Origin: an uncultured Chloroflexia bacterium
GTDB taxonomy: Bacteria; Chloroflexota; Limnocylindria; Limnocylindrales; CSP1-4
DNA: 64,000 nt
NCBI GenBank assembly: GCA_963791725.1
Contig: CAWBTQ010000005.1
Coordinates: 16,366 to 80,365, forward strand
Reading direction: 5' to 3'
Shown here piece after piece: positions 29,162-37,697 of the stretch (position 1 is the stretch's first letter; every line of letters starts with the position of its first letter). The position numbers were made by a program, and so were the translations under genes. A model generated the notes under the pieces. That model was not told the DNA's origin. It was given only the letters and a program-made list of their open reading frames with translations, and searched no databases.

Positions 29162-30744
29162 CCGGCGCCCGAATCGACCCCCGAGCCCGTGGCGGCGCCA
29201 CCCGCCGCCGGCTCCCCGACGGTCACTCCACTCAGGGCTGGGCCACTCGCCCGTCGCTCGATGTGTACGGTGGGCATGAAGCGGAGCGCGACCGCGGCCA
29301 CGACCAGGGCGTCGATGGCCACGATGACGAAGACCCACTCGAGTCCGCCTGACAGCGCCGAACGCATCGAGGCGAGCTGCGTCGCCGGTATGAAGTTCCG
29401 GCCGATCGGGTCCAGGACGATGGCCGAGGAGTTGCCCACGGCCGCGGTGACGATCCCGCCGAGGAGGCCCACGCCCACAGCTCCACCGATCGTGCGGCTG
29501 AACTGGACCAGCCCGGTGGCCACTGCCCGGCGCTGCCACGGAACGGAAGCCTGGACCATGACCAGGATCGTGGTCGACGACAGGCCCATTCCCAGGCCGG
29601 TGATTGCCTCGCCGAGGCTGGCCACTGCAAGCCCGCCCTCGAGGGTTCCGGGTCGGGTCGCCTGCGTGACGACGAGCGTGCCGACGACGAGCATGGCCGC
29701 CCCCACGAGAACCGTCGGGCGCGCACCGAATCGCAGCAGCGCCCTTCCGCCGACGATCGAACCGACCGGCCAGCCGATCGACATCGCCGCGACGGCGATG
29801 CCCGCCTGGAGCGCCGTTCCGCTCATCACGCCCTGGACGAGCGGCGGCACGTAGGTCGACAGGCTGAACATCACCACCCCGGCCAACCCACCGATGGCCA
29901 GCCCGGCCGCAATTACGGGGATCCTGAGCAGGCCCAGGTCGATCAGCGGCTCGGCGATGCGCCGCTCGAAGACGACGAAGGCTGCGAGCAGGGCAATTGC
30001 CACGCCTACGAGCGTCAGGGTCACCGGCGACGTCCAACCCCACAGCTGCCCACCCTCGGTTGCGGCGAACAGCAGCGAAACCAGGCTCAACGTCAGGATC
30101 CCTGCCCCCGCCAGATCCAGCCGGTGAGCGCGGCGCTCGAAGCGCTCGTTCAGATAGCGGCCGATCAAGACGGCCGCCATCAGTCCGACGGGCGCGTTGA
30201 CGAAGAAGACCCAACGCCAGCCGATAGTCGTCGTGATGATGCTGCCTATCGCCGGGCCCACGACGGCCGCCGCGCCCCAGACTCCGGAGAAGAGGCCCTG
30301 GATCCTGGCCCGCTGTTCGCTCTCGAAGACGTCGCCGAGGATCGTGAAAGAGATCGGCTGGACCGCTCCTGCGCCCAGGCCCTGGATCGCGCGGAAGAGG
30401 ATCAGCGTGGTCATCGAGCCGGAGAAGCCGCACAGCATCGACCCGCCGACGAACAGCGCCAGCCCGACCATGAAGACCGGCTTGCGGCCGTACATGTCGG
30501 CCAGGCGGGCGTATAGCGGGACGGTCACGGTCGATGCCAGGAGGTATGCCGAGAAGACCCAGCTGTATTCGGAGAGGCCGCCCAGATTGCCGATTATCGT
30601 CGGCATCGCCGTCGACACGACCGTACCGTCGAGGGCGGCGACGGCGAGGGCGGCCATGATCCCGACGGCGACGACGAACTGTTCGGGCGTCATGCCGATC
30701 CGGCGGGCGACGGCATGGTGCCGGCGGGCGGTGGTCACGGGCAT
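29158..30744 (-). CDS. MFS transporter, DHA2 (14-TMS drug:H+ antiporter, EmrB/QacA-like).
   Basis: The 528-aa protein has 14 predicted TM helices and MFS signature loops (GRKPVFMVGLALF, GxLaDrxGrr-like). Confidence 0.88.
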   Translation of the reverse strand: MPVTTARRHHAVARRIGMTPEQFVVAVGIMAALAVAALDGTVVSTAMPTIIGNLGGLSEYSWVFSAYLLASTVTVPLYARLADMYGRKPVFMVGLALFVGGSMLCGFSGSMTTLILFRAIQGLGAGAVQPISFTILGDVFESEQRARIQGLFSGVWGAAAVVGPAIGSIITTTIGWRWVFFVNAPVGLMAAVLIGRYLNERFERRAHRLDLAGAGILTLSLVSLLFAATEGGQLWGWTSPVTLTLVGVAIALLAAFVVFERRIAEPLIDLGLLRIPVIAAGLAIGGLAGVVMFSLSTYVPPLVQGVMSGTALQAGIAVAAMSIGWPVGSIVGGRALLRFGARPTVLVGAAMLVVGTLVVTQATRPGTLEGGLAVASLGEAITGLGMGLSSTTILVMVQASVPWQRRAVATGLVQFSRTIGGAVGVGLLGGIVTAAVGNSSAIVLDPIGRNFIPATQLASMRSALSGGLEWVFVIVAIDALVVAAVALRFMPTVHIERRASGPALSGVTVGEPAAGGAATGSGVDSGAG

Positions 30745-30799
30745 GACCGACAGTCTACGGGGCGAGGAACCGATCTCGCCCGGATCCTGCGCTCGCCGA

Positions 30800-31237
30800 T
30801 CAGCGAACCCGCGGTGCGTCAGGAACCAGCTCGATCAGCGGCCGGCGGGCGACCGCCAGTGTGTCTGCGATCGCGGCCAGGGCTTCGAGCCGGCCGTCGA
30901 TCCCGGCGAGGATCGGCTCCAGCTCGATGTTCACAGCCCGCGAAGCTCCTGGATCCAATCGGAGCGAGTTCTCGAGGTGGATCCGGGCACCTCGAAGGTT
31001 GCGCAGCATGCCGATCGGGTTGCCCCGGACGGCGTGCACGTAGCCGGCGGCGAGCTTGATCAGGCCCTGGTAGAGCGCCCGCTCGGCCAGGTCGGCGGTG
31101 CCCATCCAGGCCGGTTCCAGGAGTTCGTGGGCCTCGAAGAAGTCTCCCCGCTCATACGCCGACACGCCTGCTTCGAGCGCGAGCCGGCGACTCTCGGGCG
31201 GGATCGGCCGGTAGGCCTTGGCTCGATCGCCCTGCAT
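30800..31237 (-). CDS. DUF309 domain protein.
   Basis: The DUF309 hallmark FFEAHELLEPAW is present. The start is trimmed to the ATG at 31237. Confidence 0.65.
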   Translation of the reverse strand: MQGDRAKAYRPIPPESRRLALEAGVSAYERGDFFEAHELLEPAWMGTADLAERALYQGLIKLAAGYVHAVRGNPIGMLRNLRGARIHLENSLRLDPGASRAVNIELEPILAGIDGRLEALAAIADTLAVARRPLIELVPDAPRVR

Positions 31238-31299
31238 GACGAGGCCCCGAACGCGGTCTCCGCGCTCGCTCCCGGGACCGGACACGGCCCGAGGGTCCG

Positions 31300-31728
31300 T
31301 CAGGCCAGGTCCTCGATTCGACGCCGGCCGTCGAATCCTTCCGACACCTCGTGCCACCATGCCACCTTGTCCTCGCCCAGGCGCCAGCACAGCCAGACCG
31401 GCCGCCCCGAGACGAGCGCCGGGAAATCCACCAGGCCGGTCTCGATCTCGCGAAGCTGGATGCCCCAGCCGTCGATCTGGATGACGGTGGCCTGCATCTG
31501 GTCGACCAGCCCCTGGAGACGCATGCGCAGCCGCCTTGTTTCCAGCTCGGCCTCGGCACGCGCCGGCGGCGGCGTCGATGCCCCTCCGGCGAGCGCCGGT
31601 GCGTTCAGTTCCACGATCCGGTCGCGTACCAACACGACTTCCTCGCGCAGGGCACGCAGCTGTAGCAGAGTCTCTCGGAGCTCGGTCAACCTGGCATTGG
31701 CCCGGTCGAAATCGTAGAAGTAAGGCAT
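31300..31728 (-). CDS. DUF2203-family protein (hypothetical).
   Basis: MPYFYDFDRANARLTEL... with coiled-coil-like helices recalls the DUF2203 family. The start is at the ATG at 31728; the 250-aa ORF extension is spurious. Confidence 0.55.
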   Translation of the reverse strand: MPYFYDFDRANARLTELRETLLQLRALREEVVLVRDRIVELNAPALAGGASTPPPARAEAELETRRLRMRLQGLVDQMQATVIQIDGWGIQLREIETGLVDFPALVSGRPVWLCWRLGEDKVAWWHEVSEGFDGRRRIEDLA

Positions 31729-31943
31729 TCGTCCCTGTGGATGTGCGGTCGGTCTCGGCCAGAGGATTGGCCTCGGCACTAGGCTACCAGAGGGGCAAAC
31801 GAGAGCGGGCGCATGTACCTGAGGGTGACACGAACGCGCACCGGGTCGGAGAGAGACGAGCCGCCACGAGGACCGGACGGCTCGCAGGCTCTCGGTCTTT
31901 CGGCAGTGGAACGGCTCGAGACCGTGTCCGTCTTCCTCTGGAT

Positions 31944-32519
31944 CTACTCGGACGGGCCCCAGGTGCGATGCAGGATCGGCGATTCGACCGAGCCGCTGAG
32001 CTGCCCGTTCGCGCACACGCTCCGGTAGGGACTCATCCAAGCCTTCACCCATTCCCCGCCGTCGACGCTGAAGGCGATCCAGGCCTGCTCGGCATCTGCC
32101 CGCACCTCCTGCATCGTCACCGGTGGGCCGCCAAAGATCTCGCCGGTCATGTCAAAGAACCAGGCCGCCCAGAGGACAGTGTCCTGGCCAGGATTGATCG
32201 CCTGGTCGGCGATGAACTCGTTGCCCCAGAACAGGCCGTCCTGATCGAGCCGGACCTGGCCGCTGTAGATTGGCGCGCCCCCATCGACGGTGAAGGTGAC
32301 CGGCGGCATTGACTCGTCCCAGTCGAACATGGGGTCGACGTAGCGAACGGAGATGGTGGGGGTTTCTTCGGTCCAGAACCCGGGGCCCACCTCTATGGTC
32401 GCCGTCTGGGCCATGAGGCCGAGGCATTTCCCGTCTGTGGAGAAGGCCCTGGCCGTCCCGGGGAGGATCAGAGCCAACACTACAGCCAGGCTGCTGGCGG
32501 CAGAGAGAATACGGCGCAT
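31944..32519 (-). CDS. Secreted hypothetical protein.
   Basis: A Sec signal peptide (MRRILSAASSLAVVLALILPGTARA) is present. The mature part is Trp/Asp-rich with no recognised domain. Confidence 0.6.
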   Translation of the reverse strand: MRRILSAASSLAVVLALILPGTARAFSTDGKCLGLMAQTATIEVGPGFWTEETPTISVRYVDPMFDWDESMPPVTFTVDGGAPIYSGQVRLDQDGLFWGNEFIADQAINPGQDTVLWAAWFFDMTGEIFGGPPVTMQEVRADAEQAWIAFSVDGGEWVKAWMSPYRSVCANGQLSGSVESPILHRTWGPSE

Positions 32520-32734
32520 TGAACGCCTCTCGGGACGCGTCAGCGCGGATCGGTCTCGCCAGTGGCTCGGCGCGGTCTCGGCGGCCGGGGTTCGGTCCGC
32601 GCGTCGCAGCCTCCCGCCTGCGGGCAGTGTCCCAAGCTGTGGCCGGCTGGCCAGCGTCCAGCGGACGTCATCACTGTCTGCTGGGCGACATGGTCAATCG
32701 GAGCCGGCCATCGGCCGGCTTTGGCCCGTCTGGC

Positions 32735-35239
32735 TCACCTCAGCTCGGCGGCCTCCAATCGCTCCCGCAGCCGTCGCAACCTGTCCGGGCGTTCGGCCGC
32801 GAACCGTTCGATCGCCTCGAGGATGTGGGGGCTGTCGAGATGCGCCTCCTCGATGACTTCTTCGACCGACCCGCCGGTCCGCCAGCGGTTGTCCCAGTCT
32901 GAGCTCAGGGAGTATTCGTGGACCAGAGGATCGTCGGCCCAGTCGCGCATCAGCTTGTAGGCGCCGTTGGTCACGACCATCGAGTCGAGCCGGTCCGCCG
33001 GCTCGACCGTCGCCGCGCGATACGCCGCGTCCTGCAGCGCGAACAGCTGCGGGCTGATCGCCGCGACCACCTTTACGTTGAGGCCCCGCCGATCGAGCTC
33101 GGGCAGAACCTTCACCAGGTTGGACGTGCTGAGCGAGCCGCGGACGAACACCGTGCCCGCCTTTGGCGCGCCGTCGCGGAAGGGCCGCATCACGTACGCG
33201 CCACGCGCGGCGGCGAAGTGGCTCGGCATGCCGAGGGCGGCGCGATCCGGGATCTCCACGGGCGGCCGGGTCAGGTGCAGAGCGATGACCGGGACGTTCG
33301 TGGCGCAGGCGGCCGCCAACACCACGGGAACCTCGTTGTACTCCCAGGGATGCAGGTCCAGGACGTGGCCATCGGGAAAGAGCTGCGTCACGCCCGGCGC
33401 AAACACGCCGAAATGAGTTCGCGAATCCTCGGCCGTCTCCGGGCCGGAGTGGCCCGCCACGTAGAGCACCTTGCCGACCCGGAGGTCGCAGTCCTGGGCG
33501 AGCTGGCTGAACAGCCGCAGCGGTCCGTATTTGAGATAGCTGAACGAGCCGTAGGTGGAGCACGCGCCCCAGAGGCCGTCGAACTCCTCGAACGGATCGG
33601 CGGCCAGGTTCACCGAGGCCAGGCCGGCCATCATGCCGGCGTTGGCGAACTCGGTGATCTCGGTCGGCAGGAGTGCGCCGGTCGGGTTGGAGTCGCGCTC
33701 GTACCAGCCGAAGCCCGGCATGTCTCCGAACGGCTTGGCAAACCCGGCGATATTGGTGGACTCCGCGAGGTCCGCCGAGCAGGCGATGAAGAGGGGGCGG
33801 CCGTAGTCGCGCTTGGAGATCGCGTTGACGTAGCTGCCCCATGTTGCGAGGCCGGCCCGGTTGGGCTGCTCTTCGCCGGGCGCCCGCCAAATCTCGGCCG
33901 GATAGCGCTCGAAGTCGAAGATTCGACGGTCGCAGGCCGGGCTGAGCGGATCGCTTCCGAATCGACCCGGACTCGGCTCGATGCCGCCGATCGGGCTCGT
34001 CACGTCGACTGGCGCGGCGTTCTCTCTGGGGGTCGTAAGCGGGGTCTTTCGCCCGACCCGCGCGCCTTCGATCTGATCCGGCACCGTGCCGGCGATCTCC
34101 AGTAGCCGGTCCGACAACCAGTTGACGAACCCTTCGTCGCCCCGCATGACGCTCATGACGGTCTTGAAGTTGGCCTCGGTCTCGGCGGCCAGGGCGGCCT
34201 TGTCCGGCACCGCCGGGGCGTCCACGCCCTGATAGGCGACGCCATAGCGATCCATGAACTCGTGCCGGACGGCCCAGAACTCAGGGGCGTGCTGCTTGTG
34301 CGGCGACCCGTGGCTGGCGGCGTCGTACTTGCCGTAGCCCCGGCCCTTGCGGGTGCGGAACCAGGCCATGCTGGGGGCGCCGCCGGGGTTGGGTCCGCGC
34401 GAGGCGTCGAGGACCGCGCGAGTCACCGGGCCCCATTCCATGCCGTCGAGCGTGCCGGTCACACGCCAGCCATACGGTTCGAACCAGTCGACGGGCGTGC
34501 CGTGGACCACGGCCGAGGCCGGCCGCGCATCGATGCCGAAGTCGTTCCAATCGACCAGGAAGACCAGGTTCGAGAGGCCCAGGCCCCAGGCCGAATTCTT
34601 CGTCTCGTGCGCCGCGCCGGGCGTGAGGCCGCCTTCACCCTCGACGACGAAGACGCGGACGTCGCCGGCCCCCGCCGACTTGAGCGCCAGCGCCTGCCCG
34701 GCCGCGAAGGGCATCCCGTGGCCGGAGGGTCCCGTGTTGGCCTTGAAGAACAGGGTCCGGCCGGCCATCTCGGCATGGCCGGGCAACCCGCCGCGATGCC
34801 GCAGCCCCAGCAGGTGCTCCCACGTCAGGGCGAACCGCCCGTTCTCGGGAAAGGCGAATCGAGGGTCGCCGGTACGTTCGAAGCGGGCCCGAAGCGCTTC
34901 GTTGAACACGGCCAGAGTGGCGTAGACGAGCGGCACGGTGTGGCCGGCGGACAGTACGAAACGGTCACCGTAACGAAGCCACGGCCGGCGGATGTCCCAG
35001 CGCATGGCTCCTGACAGCAGCAACGACAGCAGCATGTGGACCTTGGAGCGCGAGCCGCCCGGGTGCCCGCTCTGGCGGTAGTCGAGCTCGAGGTCGATGC
35101 ATTCGTCCACGAGGTCCTTGAGCACCTCGTAGTAATGGAAGTCGCGTTCGGCCGAGGCGAACAGCCGGTCCGCCTCGGATACGTCGACGGCCGCGCCGCC
35201 CGCGAGCGCGCCGCCGGCCACGGGCTGAGAGGCGGTCAT
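32735..35239 (-). CDS. Divergent transketolase-family TPP enzyme (835 aa).
   Basis: The N-terminal TK blocks GHPG, DRFVLSAGH, TGPSGHG and a degenerate GDG-x-x-MEG (VEGEGGLTPG) are present. NLVFLVDWNDFGID matches the YDDNGISIDG block. The C-terminus matches transketolase (KVVAAISPQLFALQDAAYRAATVEP versus [24 protein letters not shown]). The start ATG at 35239 overlaps the aminotransferase stop (ATGA). Confidence 0.8.
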   Translation of the reverse strand: MTASQPVAGGALAGGAAVDVSEADRLFASAERDFHYYEVLKDLVDECIDLELDYRQSGHPGGSRSKVHMLLSLLLSGAMRWDIRRPWLRYGDRFVLSAGHTVPLVYATLAVFNEALRARFERTGDPRFAFPENGRFALTWEHLLGLRHRGGLPGHAEMAGRTLFFKANTGPSGHGMPFAAGQALALKSAGAGDVRVFVVEGEGGLTPGAAHETKNSAWGLGLSNLVFLVDWNDFGIDARPASAVVHGTPVDWFEPYGWRVTGTLDGMEWGPVTRAVLDASRGPNPGGAPSMAWFRTRKGRGYGKYDAASHGSPHKQHAPEFWAVRHEFMDRYGVAYQGVDAPAVPDKAALAAETEANFKTVMSVMRGDEGFVNWLSDRLLEIAGTVPDQIEGARVGRKTPLTTPRENAAPVDVTSPIGGIEPSPGRFGSDPLSPACDRRIFDFERYPAEIWRAPGEEQPNRAGLATWGSYVNAISKRDYGRPLFIACSADLAESTNIAGFAKPFGDMPGFGWYERDSNPTGALLPTEITEFANAGMMAGLASVNLAADPFEEFDGLWGACSTYGSFSYLKYGPLRLFSQLAQDCDLRVGKVLYVAGHSGPETAEDSRTHFGVFAPGVTQLFPDGHVLDLHPWEYNEVPVVLAAACATNVPVIALHLTRPPVEIPDRAALGMPSHFAAARGAYVMRPFRDGAPKAGTVFVRGSLSTSNLVKVLPELDRRGLNVKVVAAISPQLFALQDAAYRAATVEPADRLDSMVVTNGAYKLMRDWADDPLVHEYSLSSDWDNRWRTGGSVEEVIEEAHLDSPHILEAIERFAAERPDRLRRLRERLEAAELR

Positions 35240-36429
35240 CGAACTGCCGCGCCGTGTCGCGCCTCGACCAGCGGCTCGATCACCGTCCGGGTGCGGCGAA
35301 CCGCCTCGGCGATGTTCTCGCGCGAGTTGGCGTAGCTGAAGCGGAGGTGATGCAGCCCCACCTGGCCGAAGGCCGTTCCGGCGAGCGCGGAGACCCCGCC
35401 GTCGTTGAGCAGCCGGTACTCGAGCTCGGCGCCCGTGAGGCCGGTAGCCGACATGTCGGGGAAGACGTAGAACGCGCCCTCCGGCCGCAGGCACTTCACG
35501 CCGGGAATGTCGTTGAGCCCATCGACGATCAGGTCGCGGCGGGCCTTGAACTCGGCCACCATCGCGTCGACCGCGTCTTGCGGTCCCGTCAGCGCTTCGA
35601 CGCCGGCCCACTGCGTGGCCGCGTTGGTGCAGCTCACGCTGTTCACGATCAGCCGGCTGAAGGGCGTGACGAGCGGATCCGGGACGATGGCGTAGCCCAT
35701 CCGCCAGCCGGTCATGGCATAGGTCTTGGAGAAGCCGTCGAGGACTATCGTCCGCTCGGCCATGCCCGGCAGCGAAGCGATCGAGACGAACTCGCCCTCG
35801 TAGAGGATCCGGCCGTAGATCTCGTCGGCCAGGACGATCAGGTCGTGCTCGCGGGCGACGGCCGCGATCTTCTCCAGGTCGTCGCGCGTCGATACGCCAC
35901 CGGTCGGGTTCGCCGGCGAGTTGATGATGATCAGCTTCGTCCGGCTGGTCACCAGGGAGGCGAGCTCGGCCGGGTCGAGCCGGAAGCCGTTCTCCTGGCG
36001 GATCGGGCAGGGAACCGCCACCCCGCCGACGTAGGTCGCCATCGACTCGTAGATCGGGAAGCCCGGGTCCGGATAGATGACCTCGTCGCCTTCGTTGACG
36101 AGGGCGAGGATCGCGAAGAACATGACCGGCTTGCCGCCGGGTACGACCACCACGTGGTCCGGGGTGACGGTGAAGCCCTTGCGGGCCGTGGCGTCGGCCG
36201 CGATGGCAGCTCGCAGTTCGGGGATCCCGACGGTGGGGGTGTAATGGGTTTTGCCGTTGTCGAGGGCTCGCTTGGCCGCCTCGCGGATGTTGGCGGGCGT
36301 GTCGAAGTCGGGCTCGCCGATCTCGAGGTGGATGATCGACCTGCCGGTGGCCTCGAGCGCCCGTGCCCGGGCTGCCGCCTCGAATGCCGTCTCCGTGCCG
36401 ATGTGCGCCATTCGTTCCGCGAGCTTCAT
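35236..36429 (-). CDS. Aspartate/aromatic aminotransferase (PLP, class I).
   Basis: The PLP-lysine motif GFSKTYAMTGWRMGY is present. NPTG and DEIY blocks match fold-type I AAT. Confidence 0.9.
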   Translation of the reverse strand: MKLAERMAHIGTETAFEAAARARALEATGRSIIHLEIGEPDFDTPANIREAAKRALDNGKTHYTPTVGIPELRAAIAADATARKGFTVTPDHVVVVPGGKPVMFFAILALVNEGDEVIYPDPGFPIYESMATYVGGVAVPCPIRQENGFRLDPAELASLVTSRTKLIIINSPANPTGGVSTRDDLEKIAAVAREHDLIVLADEIYGRILYEGEFVSIASLPGMAERTIVLDGFSKTYAMTGWRMGYAIVPDPLVTPFSRLIVNSVSCTNAATQWAGVEALTGPQDAVDAMVAEFKARRDLIVDGLNDIPGVKCLRPEGAFYVFPDMSATGLTGAELEYRLLNDGGVSALAGTAFGQVGLHHLRFSYANSRENIAEAVRRTRTVIEPLVEARHGAAVR

Positions 36430-36603
36430 CTCGATCTCCTTTCGCAGGTCGGCCGGCGCATGTCCGCGCCGGGCTGCGTTCGGCGTCCTGGCGGCCGTCG
36501 GCCAGGGGACTGCGCTCGGTGAGGCGACCGGGCGACCGTTACCGTGGTCGCCGCGCGGCGTTGGCCACGGCCGAGCATGCCCGTTGCGGTCCGACAGGTC
36601 AAG

Positions 36604-36621
36604 TTCAGCTTGCTCATTGAA
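36604..36621. promoter_or_regulatory. Candidate LysR-type T-N11-A box (TTCA-N10-TGAA).
   Basis: The dyad TTCAgcttgctcatTGAA lies in the AT-richer divergent region between the aminotransferase and LysR genes. Confidence 0.3.
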
Positions 36622-36709
36622 CGATGAAGTAGAACTAACCTATTCTTGTGGTGCGATGGGCGGTCGGAGCCGAATCCGGAATCGTCCGATTCGCTCGGAG
36701 GTGGTCGGG

Positions 36710-37687
36710 ATGCTCGGAGTCTGGCGGCTGCAGCTGCTGCGTGAGGTCTCGCGCCGGGGCTCCATAAAGGCTGCGGCCGAGGCGATGGAGGTCACCCCGT
36801 CGGCCGTGTCCCAGCAGCTCGCGATACTCGAGCGCGAGGCCGGGGTGCCGCTGCTCGAGAAGAGCGGCCGGCGCGTCCATCTGACCGACGCGGGCCGCCG
36901 GCTGGTCCGCCATGCCGACACGATAACGGGCGCGATCGCCTCCGCCGAGGCCGATCTCGCCTCGCTGCGCCAGGTAGTGACCGGGACCCTGCGCGTGGCC
37001 GCCTTCCCAACCGCCGCCCGGGCGATCATGCCGCCGGTCATGACCGCGTTGAGCCATCTCCATCCGGAGCTGCGTGTCACTCTCCGCGACCTCGAGGCGG
37101 ACGAAAGCCTGACCGCGCTCAGGAACGACGAGATCGACATCGCCATCGTCGACGACTACGGCGAAGGCTCGCGCGCCTCCGACCCGGGACTCGAAGTCTG
37201 CGAGTTCATGCGCGATCCGATCTACCTGGCGGCTGCCGACTCGACGGCATCGATTGCTCGGGCGTCTGCTTCGACGGTCGGCTCCCCGGCTCGGACGCGA
37301 CTGAAGCCTCCAGCCGGAGAAGCCCGGCTGGAGGAATTTCGCGATGCCTTCTGGATCATGGACACGGACAACAGCCACCTCTCACAGGTCACCGTCCGCG
37401 CCTGCCGCGCCCTCGGTTTCGAGCCGCACATCCGCTCGAGCTGCAAGGACTTCAGCGTAATCATCGCGTTGGTGGAAGCTGGGCTGGGAGTTGGGGTGCT
37501 GCCCGGATTGGCGCTATTGGACCGGCCCCTCCGGGCCAGCGTCCGGCCGATCAGCCCGTCGCTCGCGCGTCGAATCTCGTCCGTGATCCGCCCGGAACGT
37601 CGCACTCACCCGATGATCGTGTCCGCGCTGGCCGAGCTGGAACGGTTCGGCGCGACCTATGTGCCGCCGTTGAGTGGCGCCGCATGA
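36710..37687 (+). CDS. LysR-family transcriptional regulator.
   Basis: An N-terminal wHTH (LQLLREVSRRGSIKAAAEAMEVTPSAVSQQLAILE) is followed by a co-inducer domain. The start is at the ATG at 36710, with a GGAGG RBS 9 nt upstream. Confidence 0.85.
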   Translation: MLGVWRLQLLREVSRRGSIKAAAEAMEVTPSAVSQQLAILEREAGVPLLEKSGRRVHLTDAGRRLVRHADTITGAIASAEADLASLRQVVTGTLRVAAFPTAARAIMPPVMTALSHLHPELRVTLRDLEADESLTALRNDEIDIAIVDDYGEGSRASDPGLEVCEFMRDPIYLAAADSTASIARASASTVGSPARTRLKPPAGEARLEEFRDAFWIMDTDNSHLSQVTVRACRALGFEPHIRSSCKDFSVIIALVEAGLGVGVLPGLALLDRPLRASVRPISPSLARRISSVIRPERRTHPMIVSALAELERFGATYVPPLSGAA

Positions 37688-37697
37688 CACCGCTTCG

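Noticed and set aside
28289-30744. Restriction-modification system built around the DNA methyltransferase.
   Set aside because: The neighbours are a CoA-binding protein and an MFS transporter. No endonuclease-like ORF is on either strand, and the antisense ORF 28433-30433 is a GC artefact. It is treated as an orphan MTase.
35236-35239. Possible programmed frameshift or fusion between the aminotransferase and the TK-like gene.
   Set aside because: It is a simple ATGA stop-start overlap, typical of translational coupling. The two reading frames are distinct and each is complete.
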